From contig NW_018406437.1 of assembly GCF_002113885.1 (NCBI RefSeq), positions 3,106 through 67,105 of the forward strand: DNA of 64,000 nt. The letters run 5' to 3'. Source of the stretch: Mizuhopecten yessoensis (taxonomy: Eukaryota). Of this stretch, positions 52,616 through 64,000 are shown in pieces. Positions within the stretch are counted from its first letter, which is position 1. Each line of letters begins with the position of its first letter. Under the pieces are notes generated by a model, which had not been told where the DNA came from, did no database searches, and saw only the letters and a list, made by a program, of their open reading frames with translations. The position numbers and the translations under genes were made by a program.

Positions 52616-55600
52616 TCAGTCCATACACTGCGGTCTGACATTGGCCTTCATTGCGGCTATGACGGCAACGTCCTGTATACAGTTAGGTAGGGCACCGAAC
52701 AAGTTGCTGAGAAGGCACATGGTTCGGCCTGGGACGTACCGACTTTTGGGGTGCCGTGCTATGACAGCGTGCTCAAGACAGTCTATGACCTCGTGTATCC
52801 GCTTTGAGGAAAATGATAGGTGTGTCTTGAGCGTGGCATGGAACGTGTGGAAGTATTGCTCGCCGTAGTCGTCCCGGATATGTTGTGGAGTTGTGGCCCA
52901 AGACTGCTCTGCTTGGCCCAGCTGCATTGAACGCTCCGCCATTGGCGTCCTGTAATACACAACAGACATGCACAATAGTCGCAAGGTATAAGTCATTATT
53001 AAGCTCGAATTGAAAGTAATATTGTTTATAAGTTACCATGTTAAAGTCCAGAGGCTCTAAATCATCAAGTTTTCAAAACTGGCAAAAGGGAGACATTGAA
53101 CTTCCAAAGGGAATGATATCGAGAGGGGTATAAGGCTTCGAAATTTTACTAATTTAAGATCACACACATCAAGCCGAAGGCGTGAGCTACCTATTGCGGT
53201 CAGTTCTGTCCTTCGTCGTCAGTTGTTTGTCATGATGCGCCGTTACCAAGAGTAACACTTATAACCAGTATGGTTATAAAATGTACGCGGTGTTATGTTA
53301 CCTACACCTTCAATATTCACCGGAAGTTTACACGAGACGTTTCTGTAATATACTGACCTGTACATGTTAGGCTCAATGGTCACCACATTCACCTTGAACT
53401 TGACCATTTCACGCCGAAGACAGTCGGAGAATCCAACCACGCCATGTTTTGTAGCAGAGTAAGCAGTAAACCCCGGGAGGCCAACACGCCCTAAGATATT
53501 GAAAACACTTAGTCAAGTAGTTATTTTTTTCAACAATTACTTTGTAACAATATACCAAAGTATATATTATTGATTACTGCATGGACTTACTACGTTAATT
53601 AATCAACTATAGTACATTGATGTATAATGAGCAGGCAAGTACTCGCTTGCACACACTAAACAAATATGGTACAGTACAAATGTATCATTTTTTTCCATAC
53701 ATGTTCTGGGAACGTGACCACGTGAGGCAACTGATGTGGAACCCTTGTAGGTGTGTTCAGCTCAGGGGACATTGATACAGCCAAAATTGATCTACTGCTC
53801 CTAATACAATACCTGGGACTTTTTTTACTTTTTGTGGTGTCTCCTTAGACTATTTTCAGTATAATGTGACCGTGTCCAAGTTATGACAAAAACTTAAAAA
53901 TTAATCGTGTTCATCTACCTGCTAAACTGGCGACATTGACCACCCGTCCTCGTGTCTGCCTGACAAGTGGTAGGAAAGCTTTGGTCACTCGTATGGTCCC
54001 AACCAGGTTGACCTCTAGTGACCGCCGGTACGTGTCCATTGGGCACCATTCACACTCTGTGAAAACCGCAATTCCCGCGTTATTAATCAGGCTCCACAGT
54101 CCACCTGTGATTTAAAAAACAAAGTACTAGATACGTGTACCGTATCACAAAACAAAACCTGTATGAACTTTGAACTTTACCACCTACTGTATCACATAAC
54201 TTTTTGCATCTTTACTGTGAATAACCGTGTAGAAAAAAAGGACTGCTATTTATCAGGTCCCCGTGACCTGTATAAAATGTCGCACAAAAGGTCTACGACA
54301 GAAAATTTTGGGAACTGCTGGGACAATCGTGGATGTGTTTTACGAAATCCTTTGGGTGTTTTGCGACGAAAAATGCTTGTAGAGTTTAGAACATGTCTTT
54401 TTTTCAGCGCCGTATGTAATTCCCGGCGTCAGGATAATTTTGTACGTCTGTCGTGCGACGCCTTTCGACGTCAGACTACGACTGTCATAACGATAGATCC
54501 ATCCTCGATATCCAGGGGTGACGTTCTATGCAGAGAGCAAAACTGAGCGTAACCCCTTGGTATCGAGGATGCGATAGATCTAGACCTACGAATTTTTAGA
54601 CGATTTTTAGGTAAGTTAACCCACGATATTTCTACGAATGTTCCACCTTCGTACGTCCTTTTTGTGACTGTCATGGGTTAATCCTGCGACAATAATTATA
54701 TCTGAAGACAGGCATGCGACTGTCGTAGGAACATCGTAAGATTTGACTTCGGCAGTCTTGGTATATTTTCCCACAACACTCGTACACATATATATATGCG
54801 CAGCTTTCCAATCAATTTACCCCATCCTCGATTTTCCAGGGATTACGCTCAGTTATGTTCTCCAACGTAAGAGAGCGTAACCGGCCTGGAATTTCGAGAA
54901 TGACCTCTCTCACACCTTCATCAGTCCCTTCTGTCGTAGATCCGCTTAAATAGTACAAAACATGTCGTACGTATTGCTGGTGAAAGGTGCCTAACACCAA
55001 GTTACCTTGTTCTTGTGTCCTGACGGTTACAATTTCCAATGCCGCTTGTACCTGATGGTCACTCGTGACGTCAACCTGGACAGTCTGCACACGGGACGTC
55101 TCCCTTACCAGTGCCCTGGCGCCTTGACTATTGGCGTCCAAACAGCCAGCCAACACCACAAACCCTAGGACGTCGAGACGCCGGGCCAGCAGATTACCAA
55201 ACCCTGTATCACATCCTGTGGACAATTAAGTCAAAACAAGTCTCAACTTTAACATCAGTCTTTACATTGTACTTAAGGGTATTTCATCCGCGTTCTTGAC
55301 ATTTTAGGGAATTTATTGTTACAAATATTATTGTATTTTTGAAAGGTGACATTTGAACATAGGATTATTGTGCACACGCACAGACTTGCAACAACAAGAA
55401 TATACATTTACATTATATTGCTGTACTCAGGAAAGTTGAATTGGTTCCTAGATATGATGAAGAGGTCAAATGTATATACCTTACTTTATTTCACCAGCTA
55501 AACAATATAAATAAGTATGGCCTTCAATACTTTTAAAATAATCTTTAGTTGCGTCGCTCGTGTTGCTCATATTCCTTTTCTAAGCAAACGATAATAATTA

Positions 55601-58491
55601 CTGCATATATGTTGCCTACCGTTGCCAATATTGAGAAAACAAATATCTTGAATAATTAGAATTAGAATGAAATCCATGTGTGATACTCTATTACAAACAG
55701 TTTGTTGTTGTAAAAAAAAACGTATAAATGTTGACCACGATTCATCAGAATCCTGTCATATTTGATTAGCTATAAAGTTGTTGTGTTGGAGCAGTCCTGT
55801 ATGCTTATTTAATTATAGTGTTTAGGCTGTATCCTGATGTGTAGAGAGTAATATAAGATATTTTAGGGGTAAAAATAAACCCCTAAAAGGTAGGGTCAGC
55901 GCCCATAACATTAGCGTCGGCCCCCGCTTGGAATTTCGATAAAAAAGATAAACAAAAAAGGTTTAGGTAAAGGAAGCTGCAATCAGAAAGGATTAGTTTC
56001 AGAATTCATTTTATGACAAATGGGACCTCATTGACTAACACTTGTGTGGGTATTAAAGGTGCGGTAGTACAAGTCCTCCGAGGGTATTTAAATGACACAA
56101 TTACTATGAAATTATATCAATATTGTGTGCAACATATTCCAACTATATTTTGATACAAAATAGAAAGAATTGCTCTTTTTATTGAAGATTTAAGCTGAAC
56201 GGTATGTGAAATTAATTACTAATGAGAGAATTATCATTTTGGACAAGTTAATTTACATAGTTCCAAAACGATTCTTTTTTCGTACTTGCTTAAATAGCTT
56301 TCAACATCAGGAATTTAAAAAACAAGAAGCCCATGGGCCTTAACGGTCACCTGAGTTATGCAAAAACTGATGTTATCTATGTTGCCAAATGAAAAAGAAA
56401 TCATTTTGTAACAAAGGTAGCTTGAACTACATTACATGTAATGCAAAAGTAGTGTGAAAGATCTGGGTAGTATATGTACGATGTACAAATTGTGGTTCAG
56501 TCAGTCAGCTGAATTATGGTAAGGCACCTTAAGACCCTTCCATCTATGAAAAGTGTTTAATTCTACCCTATCAGGATCTTGAGAAGACGATTTTTGAAAT
56601 TTTAGTCAATTTGACCCTTTTTGGCCCCGCCCCTCAGGCTCCTGGGGACTGGGGAACATATAATTCAAAATTAAACTATAGTAAAGTTTACCCCTTCCCC
56701 AGGGTGAAACGTGAGACCCCAGAGTCATGAAATTCACAATTTTGGTAAAGCACCTTAAGACCCTTCCATCTATGAAGAGTATTTGATTCTACCATATCTG
56801 GGTCTTAAGAAGAAGATTTTTGAAATTTCAGTCAATTCGACCCATTTTGACCCACCCATCAGCCCCTGGGGGTCAGTCAGGGCTGATATGTGCATACTAT
56901 CAATCTGCTATCCAATATATTGATAATGCTTACCAAGTTTGAATTAATTCCAATGGAAATTAAACAAATATGCTGGTCCAAAATGTGATTTCCCTATATA
57001 AACTATAACAAAGTTTACCCCCTCCCCAGGGGGAAACGTGAGACCCCAGGGTCATGACATTCACGATTTTAGTTAGGAACCTTAAGACCCTTCCATCTAT
57101 GAAGAGTATTTGATTCTACCATATCTGGATCTTGAGAAGAAGATTTTTGAAATTTTAGTCAATTTGACCCTTTTTGGCCCCGCCCCTCAGGCCCCTGGGA
57201 CCATATAATTCACAAATTTGGTTGACCTTTGGCCATGGAAGGTTTCTGCAAAATTTCAATGAAATTTGTTCAGAGGTTTTGGAGAAGAAGTCAAAAATGT
57301 AAATTGTTTACGGACGCACGACGGACGACGTACGACGCCGAACAAAAGGCGATCGCAATAGGTCACTTGAGACTTTGTCTCAGGTGACATAAAAATACAA
57401 CCGGTAAAGACATATAAGTCCTTTTATTAAAAAAAGAAGAAAGACAAAGCTTTCTTTCCACTTTGCCTTTAGATTGTATTTCTTCATAACAAAATGCCTT
57501 TGGCAAGTACAGTTGAGGTTGTTCATCTGAATAGATATAAGTTTGGTAAACATTGGTGACCTTGACCTTCGTTCAAGGTCACAAGAATCAAATGTGCTTA
57601 AATATGTTTTTTTGTATGGGGAGTCAGACAAGGATATCTTTCCTTGCTTTACTTGTTTAGAGTTAAATATATAAAATAATGTACATTTAATATTCCTTCA
57701 TATATTGTTTAATGAAATTTTCATGATTATGTGAAATTGTGCATTGTCCATGTTTTGACATGCTAAAAACGTATTATACCGGTTTTGATATTACATAAAA
57801 ATTATTTAAAGCTTTTAAGTATACAATTTAGACTACCACTGTAACTATACATAGATAAGTTGACATTGTTGGAGATATTTCAAATTTTGTGATAATTTTG
57901 CATGTTTTTTCTAATTGTACATTGTATATCAATATGACATATTTATTATAAACAGTTATTGTATACACTTTACATGCACTATCATAATTCATTTTCAAAA
58001 TTACATTCGCTTGTGACATTTATCTGTCATTTTGTTACGATACCCCGTCACTCAACCTGGTGTTATGCAAGGAGGTCCACTATACGGTTATCATAAAAAA
58101 AATGAATTTTATGTATCTACATTTGTATGTACATTACATTTTGTACATATGGCGAAAAATTAAAGGAATTGAAGTGGGGCCGAATGTTGACTCCGCCTTA
58201 ATTTCTACTATATTACCCTCTACACACCAGGAAAGGTAAATACATCGCAACTGTAACAAATTATCGGCGCTCTGTGAGTAACGCTTTCCAAAAAATAAAC
58301 AATTCAAGAAAACCACAACGTGTGCTTGGTACACTAGGTTTAGTAATTCCCATGTCACCGGTACCGGTGGACTTACCTGTGATAAAAACAACTTTTCCAC
58401 GTGGTTCTAAGATTTTTGATCTTCGAAAATGCATAAAAAGATAAATTCCCAAACAACAAACAACTGATACAATCAATAAATGAACAAACAT
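52616..58491 (-). CDS. Short-chain dehydrogenase/reductase, SDR9C-type (RDH/HSD17B6/BDH1-like), 5 exons, 325 aa
   Basis: Exons 58491-58377, 55215-55006, 54104-53919, 53490-53358, 52949-52616. Hydrophobic N-terminal anchor, [30 protein letters not shown], catalytic YSATK, VTIEP and HPKSRY. Confidence 0.92.
56320..57395 (+). mobile_element. Second HINE-like non-autonomous Helentron, in SDR intron 1
   Basis: aacaagaagcccatgggcc..ggtcacctgag start, internal repeats (accttaagacccttccatctatgaa x3), an acgg/gacg microsatellite, and terminal hairpin gtcacttgagac-ttt-gtctcaggtgac plus A-run. Confidence 0.8.
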
Positions 58492-58727
58492 GTCTACACA
58501 GTACACATGCCTGTTCTATCGGTAAGCTGTGTCGACCGGTTATATATATGTTCCGGGTGTGATCATGGAAAGTCGTGTTGATCAGGACAACACATACACT
58601 CCATTTCAAACAGAGCACTTGTCAGGACATGTTATGTACAATTTTGAAACTTAAGCGATTATCAAAATTAAACGGAATTCAATTTAATAAATCAAATTTA
58701 AAATGAAGATTCCTAAGGTCGATTTTG

Positions 58728-58756
58728 TGTTTACTGTAACCATTAGCTATAGTTAC
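58728..58756. promoter_or_regulatory. Forkhead (FOXJ1-type) site next to an RFX X-box-like motif in the SDR/DNAAF5 shared promoter region
   Basis: TGTTTAC at 58728-58734, followed by ttagctatagttac (minus strand GTAACTATAGCTAA), about 115 bp before the DNAAF5 ATG. Confidence 0.5.
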
Positions 58757-58870
58757 GCCGACAAAGTCTACAGCTAGTTAGCGTGCACCTGTGTTACACA
58801 GGCACGTGGTGACTTGTTGTGAAGAGTTCAGCGTGCGGAGGTAGAAAAAGAACGCGTTGATACCAACAAT

Positions 58871-61800
58871 ATGGCGACCATGGATCAAAATTCCAATTCA
58901 GTCCTACAAGGGATTGCCCGGCATGTTAACTGTTTAAGTGAAGAAAACCGAAATACAAGAAAGCGAGCACTGGAAGGAATACGAAAAGACACCATTGGTC
59001 GGAAGCCCCCTCTTGAACAAGCGGAAATTCGGGTCATTTTCAGTGAAATAATCAAACCTTTGTTAAAATGCTTTTCGGACCCCGTAGAAAAATGTCGACA
59101 ACTTGCTGTTCTTACAGTGAAAGAATTTTTACAAGCCATCCCAGAGCCACAGGAAAGCCTCCCTTACATCGCCCCGATTCTTGTTCAGCGTCTTGGACAG
59201 CAAGATATCGTAGAAACCTCAGAAGAATTGCGATTAGATTTGATAGGACTTTTGTTGGACATTGTGGAATTTTCTGGAAAGAAAATGGCAGCTTACTTAG
59301 ATGATTGTATAAAAATACTAACGAAAACAATTATAGATCCATTTCCGGACGTGAGGAAGGAGAGCTGCAAATGTGCAGCTAAACTGGCGAAAGCCATACC
59401 AGAATACTTCCAGATGATGTCAGAGTCACTTATCAAACCACTGCTGATGACCATCACACACCAACATTCACGGGTCAGAGTCATCGTCATAGAAACAATA
59501 GGTGGGTAATCCAATTTCCAGCTTAAATTATTGTCTTTCACCAGTGGATGCTGCCCGACTTGTTTCAATGAAGAGAAAAGATAAATTATTAATAACCTTT
59601 AGCTTCATACATTTTGTAAGTGGTAAAATTAACAGACAGTGATGGATAACTTATATCAATCATCTCCCATTATATGATGTAAAGAACATTCTTATACCAA
59701 TAAATTGATAATCAGAAGGTCAGATAGAGTTTGAAGGTCTTAAGTTTGAGTCTGATTTGTTCAGTGTCATAGAATTATTATTACGGAGATTATTGTTACA
59801 GGTGACGTGATTTTGTATGGTAATGGTAAGTCTGTGGATACTGTTGTTTCCCACCTTGCCCAGCGATTGTTTGACCAATCACCTGCTGTCAGGAAGGCTG
59901 TAATTAAAGTTGTGGGGACTTGGCTACTTGACTTACCTGACCGCTACTCCTTTCACCACAAGCTGATTCCTCTCCTGTTGACCGGCATCACAGATGAACA
60001 GCCAGACATTCAGGAACTGGCAGACACCTTGTGGTATGATACAGGTAAGATGTATGATATGGTAAGATGAGTGATATGATACAGGTACAGGTTGTATTTT
60101 AGCTCAACACCTGGTCCACATGTAGGGTCAAAGAGATTGTGCAGTGGCGCAACTTCTATTTGGCATCAACTTTAACGAAGAGGTCTATTGTGAAGATATT
60201 TGGTCAATGATATGCTGAGATAAAGTGCTACCAAGTTTGTTGAAATAAATTATCTTGATCTTAGGCTACTTTCAAGTTTGAAGGGCAAGGTCAAATGTAT
60301 TAAAGCCTTTAAATAACTTCTTCTGAATGGCAAAGATAACAAATTATGTAAGAGGCTTGGGTAAGGTAGGATGATTGGCTAGTAGTAGAACATGTAGTAG
60401 CTACCAGGAGGATGAGGTTCAAATGAATAAATTTAGACCTCATTCATGGTCACAAAATTTGAGGAAAAATGTTAAAACATATAAATTACATCTGAATAAA
60501 GAGACCTAGCAATGCTGAATTAGCCTGCTTTGTTAGCTGTCTTGCTATCATGGTTGATTAAATAGATTTGACTTGATCCACCTACATAATCGCAAATGTG
60601 AATTGTGTCTGTAAAGCAACATATGAGGTAAGTAACACAGGCCCAAATACTGAGGTGTTTTTGTTTCAGTTAGTAAAACTGATTTAAAAGGTCATCCTTA
60701 TGAACAATCTTTAAAATTATAAACATATGTATGTTGTTAAAAAATATACCTACATACTTTCCTTTTCATTTTAGGTTTGAAATATGAAAAAGAGAATGAA
60801 GAGGAACTAAAAGATAAAATTGACTTTGAAAAGGAGGCACCTCAGCATTATCCTCCAAATGGTAAGTCATATATACATAGTTTCAGTAATTCTTTTGTCT
60901 GCTTGAAACACCCATATATAGATAAGATTCTTGTGAAATGACTATTTTTTCAAAAGATGCCCAACACTATCTTCTTTCTTTATATTTAGTCATATAAGTG
61001 TCAGATTCTGAAAAATAAACAAATCCTGCTTTCTGTGATCAATGTAAACATTTTTCACCCATTTGTGTATCATTTGTTTTTCAGGACAACGTGTCTGTGT
61101 TCAAAACATGTCTCAATATTAACTTATCGATATCAAGGCAGTTATGTGTAAACTGTAGGGTCCCAAACAGTTAAATACTGGTTATTGTTAAGGTATATTC
61201 CAGTACCACATAGTTAAGGATCTCCTGTAGTTGTTTTACAAGGATGTTATTAATAGATAAATCTGTTTAGATGTCGTGGTAACTAAAATTGTTATTTACA
61301 TAATGTATACATTTGACTTTGAACTCTGATTATGGGATCCGATGAAGTTAGTATATCAATTATTAAAAATATATGATGTTAGATATTTTATATTGTGAAA
61401 TTCTTTTATCAACTTATCAACATTTTGCTTTCCTAGAAAACTCTCTTACAATATTGAATTGTGTCTGGTTTGACTAGTTTCACTGTAAATATATATCACA
61501 TTACTGACTTGTTTCAGTGGAACGACCAAATTTTGGATGCCGCACATTGATGATGCGCCACTTTTCAAAGATACTGCCAGGGTTGATGCGTGATGTATTG
61601 GACTGGGTAGTGGAGACACGTATCAAGTCTGCCTCACTGCTCTACACTCTACTAATCAATAGTGAGGACTACGTGACACAACACCTGGAGCCCCTCCTCA
61701 CCGGAATGTACCGAGCCTCAGTAGACGAGGAAAAGAGTGTTGTCATGGATGTACGGCCAAAGTCTAGAACCTTTAAACTAATGTACAACATGTTCATATT

Positions 61801-63840
61801 GTTAATATACAACAGATGTTTAACTCTATACATTCATGTATGAAAGATTTCTACCTTTGAAACATTAACTCATTCACCCCTGAAATTTCATAATGAACTA
61901 TTCCAACCTTTGAATTGGAAGAGTTTAAATGTGTCTTCAGGGGTGAATGAGTTAAGCTACGACTGTTGTGTTGTTTAAACATACAGTAGTGTCTGACTAC
62001 TCTTGAACAGTTACACATAGCAGTAATGCATGACTGATGTCTCATTTCAACATTAAGGTACAACAATGTCTCATTCACCATCAATGTATACTTGTCTGAA
62101 AGTTAAAAACTCGCAAACATTTAAACATTAATTATAAGGTAAGAAACTAGTCTATTTCTAAACATGGACATAATACTGATGTCTAACATTTAAGCATTTA
62201 GGAATGAAAAGTATCTTACCATTTAAATGGTAAGGAATAATAAGTCCCTACATGGAAAGATATATACCTACAGACTGTAAGACATCTCTCTCTTTAAGGC
62301 TGCACATTCAAAGAAAGCCCTATTTTAATTACCTTTGAGTCTTATGCCTGTCGATTTTATGTTCTGCGTGATCAACTGCTAAAATATTTTTCTATTTTGA
62401 TAAATAAACAACTAGCATACTGCACACTGATAGGCAATGTTCTAGTATTTAAACATCAACGTCAAACGACTGTGTAACATTTAGACACCAACATTTGAAA
62501 ACTGTCGAAAATATATAATGTAAATACAATTACAAAGTAGGCAAATGTCTACCATGTATTTCCTGTTATGAAAGTAAGATTTATAGAAGAGCAAAAAATC
62601 TATTTCATTGGCAAAGACTTAAGTATAACACTTTTTTTTCTTTTTTTTTTTGCTTTCAGATGAAAAAGTCTGCAGTGCTGGTTGGATATTTTGTGTCTCC
62701 AGACATATGGTCCAAACTAGTGTTCAAAGCTGTGAAAACAACCCAGTCCTTTGGCTGTGTAATGGTTTTAGGGGGAGTGATCAAAGGCTCAGAGCGTGCT
62801 GCACTTCAGCCGTACCTCGACAGTGTGTGTGACGTCATTCTGTCTCCAGATGTGTGTCACACCATTCAAGTTAGTGTGCTTATTTATTGCTGCAAAATGA
62901 ATCACATATAAAATGACTTCAGTAATTTGCATTGAGGGAACTTTCAGGTTAAGTCTTATCAGTATGACAATTTCAATGTCTTGAATACTCATCTAAATAT
63001 ATTTTGTTCACTTTACTTGCCCTGGACAATAACTGAACACTTTATACGTGTGTAACTGTACAATATCAATATTTTTATGTTCTAGTAATTACTCTAAAAT
63101 CAAAAGTTTACAACACTGTCATAGCAATTTTGCTGTCTGTTTAATAAAAGCAGAGGTTTTCATTGACAACTCCAGGTAGTTATTTTGATTTCTCCTAGAA
63201 TATACCCAAATGCAAGTTTGCACCCATTTTTAAAAAGTCACCCCAAAAACATGCGTTTAAGTGAAAAGTTCTTAGAACGGTTTACAAATTTATATCAACG
63301 TAAATTTACAACTGGCTTTTAACCTACAGGTACAGATGCACATGGAGCTGTTGTCATGTGTGGAGGGAATACTGACCGTTGTCCAGGAGGACACTGGACC
63401 AGTCAGTCAAAAACTCTTCAATCTACTTCTCACTATCCTGGCTCAGGCTCAGAATCAGGAAACAGCCGACAAGGTAAGTCATTTTTGCTGAAGTTGTGAA
63501 AATTTGTTGCCTAAGAGTTTCACAATATCTTCATTTATATTAACATTAAAAAAGTGACAAGATTGTACATGTTTGTATGAAAGATGTTGGTAAATAACCA
63601 CCCAGTCCACATGGCTAGCTGGTCTTTTTGAGAACTTTTATATCTGACACTGTGTGTATACATATTACTAGGTTTACCAGCTTCTTGATGAGCTTTGCAA
63701 AGTCCAGACCCTCGAGTCGAGAGTACAACTCTTTAGCTGTCATACCCAGCCCCTCCTTCTCAGCTTTACAGAGACATTTGAGATGTGGAATCTTCACTCA
63801 GTGGAAAGACAGATCTTTGACACACTGATCATAGAAGCAG
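58871..63840 (+). CDS. DNAAF5: Dynein axonemal assembly factor 5 (HEATR2), exons 1-7, 3'-partial
   Basis: Exons 58871-59501, 59802-60044, 60775-60861, 61518-61750, 62660-62869, 63330-63473, 63672-63840, all phase-compatible. Characteristic segments include DPVEKCR, ETSEELRL, DPFPDVRKESC, HQHSRVR, LAQRLFDQSPAVR, LPDRYSFHHKLIPLLL, RPNFGCR and DWVVETRIKSA. Confidence 0.95.
61869..61951. mobile_element. 83-bp mini-MITE flanked by TTAA
   Basis: TTAA-ctcattcacccctgaa...ttcaggggtgaatgag-TTAA, a perfect 16-bp TIR. Confidence 0.8.
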
Positions 63841-64000
63841 GTAAAGTAAGGCAGTACTGTCACAGATAGGGGTGACATGATTTATCATTCTGTGTTCAGT
63901 GGATGGTGAAGTCAGGTTTATCAATGATGAGATATTGAGTACATTGGTTAAATAGAGGGTAATGTGGCATGTAATGTTAAGGTTTAATGTGAGGGTATGT

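Noticed and set aside
60095-60650. Degenerate reverse-oriented HINE in DNAAF5 intron 2 (similar scraps at ~53150-53235 and 54255-54800)
   Set aside because: Only scattered motif resemblance; boundaries could not be supported.
63615-63828. Stand-alone ORFs near the window end
   Set aside because: They overlap DNAAF5 exon 7 (63672-63840) in other frames or on the other strand.

Overview
Eukaryotic, AT-rich, intron-containing animal DNA. The repeat repertoire (Helentron-type HINEs, Sola2, Zator- and Kolobok-like MITEs, RTE-X/CR1-like LINE fragments) suggests a bivalve mollusc; this is inferred, not verified. The window holds a ~30-kb tandem duplication of a 15-exon SLC5 sodium/solute symporter gene of the SMCT/SMVT/NIS clade. 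Copy 1 has exons 2-15 at 729-12947 (exon 1 is outside the window). Copy 2 is complete at 28579-42947 (661 aa). Between them lie a decayed Sola2 transposon, a nest of MITEs, an orphan copy of CSKMT intron 1 that marks the duplication junction, and a frameshifted C2H2 zinc-finger pseudogene. Downstream come LINE fragments, a two-exon mitochondrial methyltransferase CSKMT/METTL12, a convergent five-exon SDR9C-type dehydrogenase, and the 5' part of DNAAF5/HEATR2 head-to-head with the SDR gene. I found no prokaryote-type system. The most unusual pattern is that tandem repeats are repeatedly seeded at exon boundaries, creating arrays of decoy splice donors and acceptors whose copy number differs between the two paralogues. 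All exon models were derived by hand from GT/AG sites and reading-frame continuity.
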